A stretch of DNA of 64,000 bases from Paragordius varius. Lineage: Eukaryota > Animalia > Nematomorpha. Position 1 is the first letter of the stretch, and every line of letters begins with the position of its first letter. The notes beneath the pieces are model-generated. The model was given only the letters and a program-made list of their open reading frames with translations, was not told where the DNA came from and ran no database searches. Both the position numbers and the translations under genes were made by a program. Shown here piece after piece: positions 1-12,400 of this stretch. The DNA is taken from contig OZ176053.1 in the NCBI GenBank assembly GCA_964247055.1, forward strand, positions 1,240,001 through 1,304,000, given 5' to 3'.

Positions 1-784
1 CAATATATAATATTTTGTTAAAAAACCTCAGCAGTTTTTTGATAAAAATTTAGTATTTCTTAGATTTGCGGTTGTTTAAAAGTTTAACGGTTTTTAATAA
101 AAAAAAATTTATGATAAATAAAAGAATAATAAAATTTAGCGGTTTTTATGAGAAAAATATGTATTGATATATATTAGCGGTTTATAAAACGTATTTAGAG
201 GTTTTTATATCAATGTTACAATTGGCGTTTTAAAAGAAATATATCCTGTATTTATGTTGGTGGTTTTTCAATAAAATTTAGTGGTTCCAAAAATCTTTAA
301 TGGGTTTTTTAAATTCAAATAATCCTCTTTTTTAATATTGTGGTTTTTAGAAAGTTTTACCAATTTTTATCTAATAATTTGTTTATTATTTGATGTTAAA
401 TCAAATAAATGAATAAAATAAAAAATAATTGATTTATTCATCACAGTTGTTCCTTTTAAAATACAAACAACAGTCAATAAAGCCACCTGTTTTTACTTAG
501 TCAGCCGTTTAGAATCAAGTGTTTATAATTAATACAGCCATTAAAGTTATTCTTATTTAAATGATGAAGACAGCTGTTTTAGTATATTTAATTAGATTGT
601 TAAATCAACCGTTTTTTTTCAAAAGCATGCGATTAATAAACAGATTAATAAAACCAATGATTTAATATAACAGCTGATTAATTAAAAATCTGATTAACTA
701 AATAGACTGATCTATTAAAAAAACTTATTAAATAAACATGTGGTTAATAAAAACAATGATTAATAAAAAATTATAAAAGAACCT

Positions 785-985
785 TAATATGAACACTTGG
801 GGTTTCAAAAACCGATTAATAAAATACAAATAATAATTACCAAATTTCAAAATAATCGATTTTCCTGATCAGATTTTGGGCAAATAACTGAGGCAACCAA
901 CAAATTCTAAATTAAAAAAATGAAAATATATATATTAAAATAAATTTTTTTTAAAAAGGGCCAATAATGTAATTTATAAATAAAG
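785..985 (+). repeat. ~200-bp junction module J2, first copy (also ~24321-24515 and ~48811-49005)
   Basis: cttggggtttcaaaaaccgattaataaaatacaaataataattaccaaa...ggcaaccaacaaattctaaa aligns with 2775-2970. Confidence 0.85.
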
Positions 986-1299
986 GATTAATTTTAACTC
1001 TTTTGCAGAAAATGTTAGCAGATTTCAAAGAGTTGTTTTAAAAGAATATTAGCAGTTTTAAAAAAAATTTACTAGTTTTACAAGAATTTACCTGTTTTAA
1101 AAAAAATTTAGCGCTGTTGTAGATTTTAAAAAAAAATCTAAAAAGTTTTGCGGTTCTTTTAAATTATCCTTATTATTTTTTGAAAGTAATCGTTGTTCAT
1201 ATAATAAATAAATTAATAGGAGAAAATAATTGATTACAATGGAGACAGCTGTTTTAATTAAAAATGATTTGTGTATGTCAACCGCCTTTTTATAAAACA

Positions 1300-2770
1300 A
1301 GTAATTTAAAATAACAGATTAATAAAACAACTGATTAATAAAAAAAATGACTGATAAAAATAACTAAAAAACAGTTGATTAATAAAACCAAAACTCATTA
1401 AACAATAAAAAAATTTAATTAATGATTAAAAATGATGAAAAACAACTGATATAAACAGCTGATTAATAAAGAGAAAACAAATTAAACAAAAAAAATAAAA
1501 TAACTAAAACAAATGATTAAAAAGAAATGATTTAGCTAATTAAACAGCTGATTAAAATCAACGATTAAAATCAACTGATTAATTAAAACAACTAATTAAA
1601 AACAACTAATTAAAAACAACCGATTAAAAACAACTGACTAATTAAAACATCTGATTAATTAAAACATCTGATTAATTAAAACATATGATTAATTAAAACT
1701 TTTGATTAAATAAAACAACAGATTAATTAAACAACTGACTAATTAAAACAACTGACTAATTAAAACAACTGACTAATTAAAACAACTGATAATTAAAAAC
1801 TGACTAATTAAAACAACTGATAAATTAAAACAACTGATTAATTAAAACAAAGGTTAATTAAAACAAATGATTTAAACAACTGGTTAAAAACAACTATATA
1901 AAAACAGCTGATTAATAAAAAGAAAACTCATTAAACGATAAAAAATAATTTATTAAAACAAATGATTAAAAACAAAAGATTTAAAAACTGAATAAAACAA
2001 TTGATTAAAATAACTGATTAAAACAACTGGTTGATTAAAACAACTGGTTGATTAAAACAACTGGTTGATTAAAACAACTGGTTAATTAAAACAACTGGTT
2101 AATTAAAACAACTGGTTAATTAAAACAACTTAATTAAAACAACTGGTTAATTAAAACAGCTGGTTAATTAAAACAACTGATTATATAAAACAACTGATTA
2201 TATAAAACAACTGATTATATAAAACAACTGATTAAATAAAACAAATATTTAAAACTCTAATTAATTAAAACAACTGACTAATTAAAACATCTGATTAATT
2301 AAAACAACAGATTAATTTAAACAACAACAATTAAAACAACTGATTATTTAAAACAACTGGTTAAATAAAACAACTGATATTAAAACAACTGATATTAAAA
2401 CAACTGACCATATAAAACAACTGATTAATTAAAACAGCTGATTAATTAAAGCAACAGATTAATTAAAACATATTAATTAAAACAACAGAATATTTAAACA
2501 ACTGATTAAATAAAAGATTATTTAAAGCAACTGATTAATTAAAAAATTGATTAATTTTACAACTGACTAATTTAAAAAACTGATTAAATTACTGATTAAT
2601 TAAAACAACTGATTATTTAAAACAATTGATATTCAAAACAACTGATTAAAAAGATTAAAACAACTGATTAATAAAAACAACTGATTTAACTGTATAAATA
2701 CAAATGTTTAATAAAAATAACTGAAAAAAAAACCACTGTTTAAACAATAGATTGATAAAAAATAAAAATA
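1300..2770 (+). repeat. 17-bp satellite array (TTAATTAAAACA[A/G]CTG[G/A]), degenerate version, copy A
   Basis: Tandem units such as aattaaaacaactggtt at 2090-2180, with shorter degenerate variants on both flanks. Confidence 0.95.
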
Positions 2771-2774
2771 TTAA

Positions 2775-2970
2775 TAGAAAACGCTTGGGTTTTTAAAAAC
2801 TGATTAAAAAAATACAAATAATAATTACCAAAATCCGATATCCAATATTTACTATCAGTTTTTGCGCAAATAAATCAGGCAACCAACATATTCTAAAATA
2901 AAAAAGAAAATATATTAAAATAAAATTAAAAAAAAATGCATTTATATATAATGTAATTTATAAATAAACA
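2775..2970 (+). repeat. ~200-bp junction module J2, second copy (also ~26565-26760 and ~51055-51250)
   Basis: cttgggtttttaaaaactgattaaaaaaatacaaataataattaccaaa...ggcaaccaacatattctaaa lies between the 17-bp and 20-bp arrays. Confidence 0.85.
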
Positions 2971-3105
2971 GTTGGCATACTTTTGAATTTTAAAATTTTG
3001 TTTTTACAGAATATTTCAAGAAATTTTAGCGCTTTAATAAGAATTTTACTGCCTTTTTAAAAATTATTTAAATAGCGCTTTTAAGAGAAGTTACAGGTTA
3101 CTTCA

Positions 3106-4760
3106 AAGAGTTTTTGCGTTTTAAAAAGGGTTTTTGCGTTTTAAAAAGGGTTTTTGCGTTTTAAAAAGGGTTTTTGCGGTTTTAAGAGTTTTTGCGGTTT
3201 TAAAAGAGTTTTTGCGGTTTTAAAAGAGTTTTTGCGATTTTAAAAGAGTTTTTGCGGTTTTAAAAGAGTTTTTGCGGTTTTAAAAGAGTTTTTGCGGTTT
3301 TAAAAGAGTTTTTGCGGTTTTAAAAGAGTTTTTGCGGTTTTAAAAGAGTTTTTGCGGTTTTAAAAGAGTTTTTGCGGTTTTAAAAGAGTTTTTGCGGTTT
3401 TAAGAGTTTTTGCGGTTTTAAAAGAGTTTTTGCGGTTTTAAAAGAGTTTTTGCGGTTCAAAAAGAATTCTTACGGTTCAAAAATAATTCTTACGGTTTAA
3501 AAAGAGTTCTTACGGTTTAAAAAGAGTTTTTCCGGTTTAAAAAGAGTTTTTCCGGTTTAAAAAGAGTTTTTCCGGTTTTAAAAGAGTTTTTGCGGTTTTA
3601 AAAGAGTTTTTACGGTTTTAAAAGAGTTTTTACGGTTTTAAAAAAGTTTTTACGGTTTTAAAACAGTTTTTACGGTTAGAGTTTTTACGGTTAGAGTTTT
3701 TGCGGTTTTAAAAGAGTTACGGTTTAAAAAGAGTTTTTGCGGTTTTAAAACAGTTTTTACGGTTTTAAAAGAGTTTTTACGGTTTTAAAAGAGTTTTTAC
3801 GCTTTCAAAAAAAAATTTTAAGAGTTCAAAAAGAGTTTTTAAAGTTCAAAAAGAGTTTTAAGAGTTTAAAAAGAGTTTTTAGAGTTCAAAAAGAGTTTTT
3901 AGAGTTCAAAAAGAGTTTTTAGAGTTCAAAAAGAGTTTTTAGAGTTCAAAAAGAGTTTTTAGAGTTTAAAAAGAGTTTTTAGAGTTTTTTTACAGTTTTA
4001 AAAGAGTTTTTTTACGGTTTTAAAAGAGTTTTTGCGGTTTTAAAAGAGTTTATACGGTTTTAAAAAAGTTTTTACTGTTTTAAAAAAGTTTTTACGGTTT
4101 TAAAACAGTTTTTACGGTTAGAGTTTTTGCGGTTTTAAAAGAGTTACGGTTTAAAAAGAGTTTTTGCGGTTTTAAAACAGTTTTTACGGTTTTAAAAGAG
4201 TTTTTACGGTTTTAAAAGAGTTTTTACGCTTTCAAAAAAAAATTTTAAGAGTTCAAAAAGAGTTTTTAGAGTTCAAAAAGAGTTTTTAGAGTTCAAAAAG
4301 AGTTTTTAGAGTTCAAAAAGAGTTTTTAGAGTTCAAAAAGAGTTTTTAGAGTTCAAAAAGAGTTTTTAGAGTTCAAAAAGAGTTTTTAGAGTTTTTTTTA
4401 CGGTTTTAAAAGAGTTTTTTTACGGTTTTAAAAGAGTTTTTGCGGTTTTAAAAGAGTTTTTGCGGTTTTAAAACAGATTTTAGGGTTTTAAAGTTTTTAC
4501 GGTTTATTAGGGTTTTAAAACAATTTTTAGGGTTTTAAAACAGTTTTTACGCTTTCAAAAAAAAAATTTAAGAGTTCAAAAAGAGTATTTAGAGTTTTTT
4601 TACGGTTTTAAAAGAGTTTTTGCGGTTTTAAAAAAGTTTTTGCAGTTTTAAAAGAGTTTTTACGGTTTAAAAAGAGTTTTTACGGTTTTAAAATTTACGG
4701 TTTTAAAAGAGTTTTTATAGTTTTACGAGTTTTTACAGTTTTTGAAGAATTTTAGACAGT
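3106..4760 (+). repeat. 19/20-bp satellite array (TTTTAAAAGAGTTTTTGCGG and AGAGTTCAAAAAGAGTTTTT variants), copy A
   Basis: Tandem 20-mers at 3200-3440 and 3880-3970; internal block duplication (about 3600-3990 vs 4060-4400). Confidence 0.95.
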
Positions 4761-6051
4761 TAGGAATTTTAGTAAAAATTTTAGCAGTTTTTAGATAATT
4801 TTAGCAATTAAAAATTTTAGAGGTTTTTAGATAATTTTTGCGTTTAAAAAAATTTTATAGATTTTTGAATGATCTTAGAAGTGTTAAAAGATTTTGTGAG
4901 GTTTTAATAGAATTTAAGCAGTTTTTAAAAAATTCAACCAGTAATTTTGGCACTTTTTTAGAAAACTTTAGCAGTTTCTAAATATTTAAACAGTTTTTAA
5001 TAGTTTTAAGCGTTTAAAAAAAAATTTTGAAGTTTTAAAAGATTAAGAGGTTTTAAAATAATCTTAGAAGCAGTTTAAAAATTTTAATAAATTTTAGACT
5101 TTTTAAATAATTTTACAAGTGTTAAAAAATTTTTTTGAGGTTTTAAAAGAATTTAAGCAGTTTTTAAAGAGTTTGAGTTTTTAGAGAATTTTAGCAGCTT
5201 TTTAGATAATTTTAATAGTTTTCAAATAATATTAGCAGTTTTTGATAATTTTAAGCGTTTAAAAGAATTTTTGAGGTTTTAAAAGAATTTTAGAGTTTTT
5301 AACTAATCTTAGAAGCAGTTTATATAATTTGTGCGTTTTTAGATATTTTAAGAAGTGTTAAAAAAATTTTTGAGGTTTTAATCGTTAGCTGATTTTAAAA
5401 AAATTTGATAGTTTTTATAGAGTTATCCCGTTTTTAAAGAATTATAGCAGTTTTTAAAATATTTTTTATATAATATTGGCCTTTTTAAAGAATATTAAAA
5501 TTTTTTACCTCTTTTAGAAACTTTCTAATAATTTTACATTTTAAATATAAAAAAACTGCGCTTTTTTTACGAAACATACCGCTTTTTAAGTATTCACAAG
5601 AAATATTAACCCAATTTAAGAAAACTTTAAGAAATTTTACTCTTTTTAAGTAAGCGCTTTAAAAATTTTAAGAAACATACAGCTTTTTTAATATATTACA
5701 AGAAATATTAGCGCTATAAACCATTAAGAAGTTTTAATGTTTTCTCAATACCGCTTTTTATTATTTTTTATTGAAAAATTTTAGTAAATTTTTAAGGTTT
5801 TTAGAACTTTAAATGCGTGTTTAAATACTATATTTTACAATGTGAAATATTTAGGAATCAAAAAACGAATTTTGCAAATTGGTGATATTTTAGATATAAA
5901 AATTCATCTCATATATTTGAATGTAAACATATTTTATACACACTTATTCCATATTTAGTTAAAAATATTTTATATTTAAACAACTAATTAAATAAGTAAT
6001 AAATTTATTTTATTCAACACGCATGCACCATAATTAAAAAATATAAACAAG

Positions 6052-6700
6052 TTATTCAAGAACAGGAGACCAACATTGTAGCAATTATAATTTAATAAAT
6101 AGACATTTATTTAATTCTTTATTAGAATATCTGCATTGAATTGATAATATCTGCCAGGTTTTTATTAAATTTTAACATAAAGAAATTATACGAATTAATA
6201 ATATGTGCTAGCTTTTTATTAAATTTTAACGTAAAAAATTATACGACTCAAACTAAATAGAAACATATGTTAAACTTTTTGTGTTGATTTCCTTTGACAG
6301 AAAAATAAATATTCAAGATCAAGAGAGCCATTAATAATTTGTAACAATATATAATTTAAACATTTATTTAATTTTATTAGTGCATTGAATTACTAATATT
6401 TGCCAGGTGTTTATTAAATTTTAACATAAAGAAAATATACGACAAACTAAATTGTAACATATGTTAAACTTTTTGTGCTGATTTCCTTTAACACAAAAAT
6501 AAATATTCAAGAACAAGAGGCCTATTCATACTTTCTAGCAATATATAATGTAATAGACATTTATTTGATTCTAATTAGAATATTTGCATTGAATTGAAAA
6601 ATATTTGCTAGCTTTTTATCAAAATTTAACATAAAAATAATTATACGACTCAAACTAAATAGAAACATATGTTGAACTTTTTGTGTTGATTTCCTTTAAA
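6052..6700 (+). repeat. Degenerate ~190-260-bp tandem triplication (also 30563-31211 and 54470-55118)
   Basis: Units start tattcaaga(a/t)ca(g/a)gag at about 6052, 6310 and 6503, and each ends aaacatatgtt(a/g)aactttttgtg(t/c)tgatttccttt. Confidence 0.85.
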
Positions 6701-7339
6701 AATGTAAAATTTAACTAGACGAAAAAGGTTAGAAATACAACATTAAATAAGCCATTTATTCCAAAATATTATTAATTCTAGGGTTCAAAATTTACAAGAG
6801 ATAAAATTATCGGCCAAAAGCAAGAAAAGATCAAAAAAATCTTGCATTAACTTTAAAATCCAATCAATAATAGTGCTTTCTACTGTGATTCAAACAGTAC
6901 CTTAAAGCAATTATAACAATCTATGTTAATAGACAAAACATGCAAAACTTACCATTGATTAGGTTAAATTGTTATAGTTTTGCATTTCGGTTGCTCCTCA
7001 ACATGTAATTCACAAATCATTGTTCATTGTTTACGATATCGGTTTAAGGTAAAACTATAAATTAAAAAATTTTTTTTACCTTATATGGGTAGATATATTA
7101 TTGGTTATCCTTTGGATTTCCAGGATTTAATAGTGTGTCTTTATTGAACATTTGTTTCGTCTAAATAATTAATTAAATTTAATATAATTACCATAATAAA
7201 ATAATCCATGTTAGCAACAATACATTGTGCATAGTCGGGATAAAAGATATAGGAAGAGAAATTAAATACATTTAATACATAAAATGTAAATTACAAAAAA
7301 AAATTTAAATTAATAAATTAAATAATTTTTTCGCCTTTA

Positions 7340-7500
7340 TATAGGGGGGAAAGCACACGTGTGTGTGCTCACCCAATCAAATTAATGTGCGCATTGCGCA
7401 TTTTCTCTCCCCTTCTAGAAAAATAGTGCACACGTATTTCCCTCTCTTATTTGTTTACTAATATGTTGCGCAACATACCTCCCATGAACGCGCACGTGCT
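7340..7500. promoter_or_regulatory. Palindrome-rich GC/CpG island, putative regulatory or origin element (also ~31855-32020 and ~55762-55922)
   Basis: AGCACAC-GTGT-GTGTGCT (7352-7369), TGCGCATTGCGCA (7388-7400), perfect 16-bp palindrome TATGTTGCGCAACATA (7462-7477) and GCACGTGC (7492-7499). Function is inferred only. Confidence 0.4.
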
Positions 7501-8467
7501 ATTTTTACTTCTTATTTAGCATGATGCAATAATATAATGGAAAAAAATAAATAAAATTATAATTAAATAAGTAAGTAAATAATTTGAAAATATTTTAAAA
7601 TCCAAATATATATCTATATTTTAGGTTATGTTTGATTAAATATTCCTAATATTTATTAATGATATATTAGTTAATTAGTACTTAATATGTTGAGCTTTAA
7701 GATATCATAAAAATAATTTAGAAAAACATATTTATTCCTAATTCTATATATATTTATCTAATCTTTATATTTATAAATGTGTGTAAATTTCATTGGTAGT
7801 ATATGTCATATACGGGATTAATTAAGTTAACCACAATCTAATTAGTTTTATTTGAATTAAATATTATAAAAATTATATATAAATATATATAAAAGTTTGC
7901 CTTTTAACCTGCACAAATTATTGTGGATTAATTGAAAATTATATATGATTTATCAGGCTATTATTTTATTTCAATTTGGTTTTATAAGGATTAAAAACTG
8001 TCTAGGGAAACTAGTTATAATAGCACAAAATAAGTTATACATATTAATATTGTTTTAATATTATAAGCCAAAGGTTGACATTTTTCTCATTATAAATGAT
8101 TCAATCAAATATTGTAGCAGCATATAATTTATAAGTTAAATATCTTTTAATACTATATTGAATTTAGTAATCCAATTAATCAGATATTTCTCAATTTTAT
8201 CAATTATTAATTAGGAATATGAAAGTCAAACTAACTCTGAAGTACTATCTAACTTTTTTCTTATGAAAAAGCTGGGTAGGAAAAATGCAATATTGTTGGG
8301 TAGTTTTATTATTAACTCTGGCACGAATTAATATTAATTTCAGTAGTTTTCGCAAACAGCTAATTAATATTCTTATTTGGATATCTCTTTCAACTAGAGC
8401 ATTCATTATTATACTTTAAAATTGCAAAACCAACACAAATGTTTTAATTACTTTAATACAGAATAAA

Positions 8468-8586
8468 TTTTAGGGTTTTCGAGTTTGTGGGCTAGGGTTA
8501 GGGTGAGGGATTGGAGTTGGTTCTTTTTCTTAAAGAAGTCCGCAGGACTTCCTCGGGCTGCGAAGCAGGCCGAGACCCACGCATTT
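8468..8586 (+). mobile_element. ~120-bp TTAGGG/double-hairpin element, copy 1 (possible non-autonomous Helentron/Helitron2-like element)
   Basis: ctagggttagggtgaggg, then GAAGTCC-GCA-GGACTTC and CTCGGgCTGC-GAA-GCAGgCCGAG hairpins; flanked by T-runs; three copies per unit with unrelated flanks. Confidence 0.5.
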
Positions 8587-9269
8587 ATTTTTGAAATATT
8601 TTTCTCTAAAAAATATATATTTACGAAACTTTATTTTATATTATCAATATGTGAAAAGATATTAATATTGGATAGATACTATAATAACTCTCGTCTAAAG
8701 TAAATGATACCTAAGTTAAAATTATTTTTTAACTAACAATTATAGATATGTGCTAGTTTCATTAAAGAAGATCAATGGATAAAAATATCTTAGCTGTAAA
8801 TTATCCTATCCTTAACATTTAACAGGCATATTTATTTATTTTTTATCAGTTTTATATATGAATGTTATTCAGTAATATACTAAATTAATTTTTTACTATC
8901 TACTTAATGTGTGATTAATGCTCAAAGATAATTATAATACTTATAAATTAGTATTATTCCAAATTAGGCCTTTCTAACAATTTCTACATTTATTGTTAAA
9001 GTAAAAACTTATTATAACTTAAACATATTGGCATACTTTTATACTTTAAATTTAATAAATGGGCATATTTTAAAGTAAACATCAAAAGTTATTAACAATT
9101 AAAATTTAAGATAATATCTATGTTAATAGACTATCAATTCAATGCTAATTTTAGATTTAAACAATCTAGTATTTAATTTATATATAGTGTTTATAACTAA
9201 TATATCCCAATATTAAAAAATAAAAAGAACTTCGATGATATCGTAGAATTAAATGCAAGTTATAAGTAC

Positions 9270-9380
9270 TTTAAGGTTTTCGAGTTTGTGGTCTAGGGTT
9301 AGGGTGTGGAGTTGGTTCATTTTTTTAAAGAACTTCGCAGGACTTCCTCGGGCTGCGAAGCAGGCTGAGACCCACACTTT
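9270..9380 (+). mobile_element. ~120-bp TTAGGG/double-hairpin element, copy 2 (more decayed)
   Basis: Same sequence with a short deletion and a disrupted first hairpin (gaacttc-gca-ggacttc); GCGAAGC loop retained. Confidence 0.5.
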
Positions 9381-10982
9381 TTGTTAAATTTAAGATTGTT
9401 AATAGAAAATTGCGCTGATAGATGAGCATTGGTTATTATTTTAGCGTGGTTATGTAATATGTAATAAATCCTATATTGATATTATAAACTCTGATAAATT
9501 ATATTTTATATTAGAAATTATTGTTAGCTAAATTTCAGTATGTTACAGTTTTTTGTCATTGACTTTATATACCATCGCATCTAAAATATATATTTAATAA
9601 AAGGATATAGTAAATGACCAATATACCAATTAAACCATTTATGATTTTAAATTGGAAAATACGTATAAATAAAATAAAGGTATAATAAATTTAAACCCTT
9701 ATTATATAAGTATATACCGATTAAAATGTAAAAAATATTTATCAATTAATAATATACAATATCCTATATTTATTACCTTTTATTGTAATCAACCATAAAA
9801 ATTTATTTTAATTTTCTTAAAACTCCTCTTTGCCAAAAACTAATATTACGATTCTACAATGTTTGATTATTTAACTTAATTAAATATATATGAATATACA
9901 GGAAATATACAAAAGTACAATAAGATCACCTATAAATTTGATTTTTATATAATTATTGCTCAATAAAATAAATTTAGCAATATATAAATTGATAAAAAAT
10001 TTATGAAAGTATAGTTAAAGATTTCGAGGGAGATGGTTGAGGCGTATGTTGAGAGATTAGAAATGGTTCGTTTTCTTAAGATGTCCGCACATTGCCTTAT
10101 GGCATGCTTTCTGTCCACAAATTATTTCTAAAAATTTCAATCTTGCTTTTATTTACAAAATCCTAAATATCTGGATTCCGGATCGAAAACTGCTTTTGTA
10201 TGCTGGTATTATACAGTCGAAGATATAAAAAAGCAATCAATAACACAAATATATTTTTTTATATATGTGCCTACGATTTTTGCCAAAAAAATATATATTT
10301 TTTTTAAGTATTGGCTTACAAATCAGGTTAAATATACCCAAATTATTAATTACTATGTTAGCCTTGGATTTAATTGTGCCCTTTATCATAAAGAGGTTAT
10401 GCTAAATTAATTTTACAAAATTAATAAGGTGATAATATTTAAAATTAGAACACAATATGAAAAAATATACGCATGCTGAATTTTCCATTTCTACTATATT
10501 TGGTTATTTTAAAAATATATACATTTTTAGTTTTAATCAAGAAGCGAAATACTCTAAACTGTTTTTTATTGACATAATCAACTATCATACTCACTCACTT
10601 TGCCGATAAAACTATGCTTTCGCTTAAATTAATTCAAAAAACATCCATATATTAACTTATTTCGTTTATATCAGGCGAAATCCACACATGCATAAATTCA
10701 AAAATTTTCTATGCAAGCCACACTTCTTTTTGACAATCACATTTTCTAGCTAAATTTTAAATTACATCTCATTGATCTATCAATAATTCCTAAATATTAA
10801 CGAACGAACATTTATATTTATGAAAAATTCCAATTTGTATAATGATAAGGAAAATAAAAGAAGATTGGTAATCATTATTCCTATATTTATAAAATTAAAA
10901 AAATAACTTTATGAACATATATAATAACTAATTCGTTTCTTCACAATGTTCAAATTTTTTCATTGCTTGTTTAAATTTTATT

Positions 10983-12333
10983 ATGAACTTACCGCAAAAG
11001 TATACTAATTATAATTTTTTGCTAGTATTAGTCCTGATTGATGTTAAGGATGTCGAAATTTATCCGGACAAAGTGGAAAAACCCATATTGGGTGAGGAAA
11101 TGAACCGATCAGCTTATATAACACTTCACAATACTTATCCGATTGATGAATCAAACCAATTAAAGTATTGTTTATTAAATATTAACAGTAAAAATCATAA
11201 AAACTTATATAAATTACAAAATAACTATGGTTTTGGTGGGAAAACCATATTTTTTGACCAGTTGCGCAATAAGAATTTTAAATTTAACACACAACCCTCA
11301 ATTTAACTCTGGTCAATTGTATGTATGTAAAAAAAAATTAAAAAATAAAACGAAAATATTACATTATTACTTTATACTATATATATATATATTAGTCGTT
11401 ATCAATCACTATATCCAAAATTAACGGTGCCAGACTCAGTCTTTTCAGTAGATTCGACTGATTCAAATCCGCTCTTCTCATCTTTCCATCAAGACAGCAA
11501 TGAAATTCAAGAAAATATTGATAATCGGGATCTGTCTTTTATATCGACAATTTATCTGGACACCTTCTGGTATATTATTATATATGAAGAATATTTTTAC
11601 TTTACTGTGTAAATATTGGAGTTTTTTGAAATTTTCATTACTGGGGCTTCCCCAGTTAAAAAAGTTAGTCAATTTAGTTCAAACGAAAAATCGAATTTTG
11701 CACATATTAGAAAGATTTTGATGTTTAAAACCAAATTACTTTTTATATATATGCAATAAAAACTGAAATTATACGGACAAAATGTAAAAATATAAAGACA
11801 AATATTTTTTTCTAAAAGAAACTCATACTTTTTAAATCTTGACTTATTTCAATATAACTCATTGTTTTAATAAGGCAAAGTGTGAAACATATATATTACT
11901 ATCACAATCAATTGTATATTTTTTTACAATGGTAAAATAACTTATATGGGAAACATTAAGATTCTAATAAGTATAGTTGTTTTTAGATAACTATATTTGT
12001 CTTTATATTTTACCGTTTTGTCCGTAAAATATTAATTTTCACTGTAATATAAAATTGATCATTTTCATGTAACCAAGTTTATTTATTAAACTTAATTCGA
12101 TTGTTCCGAGCTGGTCAGCTTTTTGTAACTGCTCTTTAATTTTATTTTTCCTCTAAAATAGAACAGAAATGATAAGCAGCCACAATTCTGTGCGTGACAT
12201 GGAAAACGAATTGAAGATAAACGAAGATGATTCATGGGCCAAATTGCGCATCGTTTTGTACAAAATGTTGGTTGATCTTATGCTTTACAATGATGTCCTA
12301 ACCTATTTCCAATCCACATATCATATTTATTAA
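10983..12333 (+). CDS. NUP98: Spliced gene with a Nup98/Nup145-type autoproteolytic (Nucleoporin2) domain exon; 5' end and exon chain unresolved, may be partial
   Basis: LVLIDVKDVEIYPDKVEKPILGEEMNRSAYITLHNTYPID (about 11025-11145) matches the recalled Nup98 motif [40 protein letters not shown]. Further exon-like segments lie at about 11396-11560, 11620-11720 and 12162-12333 (TEMISSHNSV...TYHIY-stop). Confidence 0.6.
11754..12044. mobile_element. Tc1/mariner-type MITE (also 36272-36562 and 60176-60466)
   Basis: Terminal inverted repeats caataaaaactgaaattatacggacaaaa... / ...ttttgtccgtaaaatattaattttcactg followed by TA. Confidence 0.8.
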
Positions 12334-12400
12334 TTTACGCGTTTATATTTGCAAGAAAATAAATATAATCTTGGGTTGATTTGCACAAATGCGGTGTATA

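Noticed and set aside
1097-1300. 67-aa ORF in the spacer
   Set aside because: Low-complexity sequence, and absent from the ORF track in copies B and C.
8485-8703. 72-aa ORF MWARVRVRDW... (and copies at 33003 and 56907)
   Set aside because: It reads through the TTAGGG/hairpin element into AT-rich DNA from a TTG start; RVRVR is simply translated telomere-like repeat.
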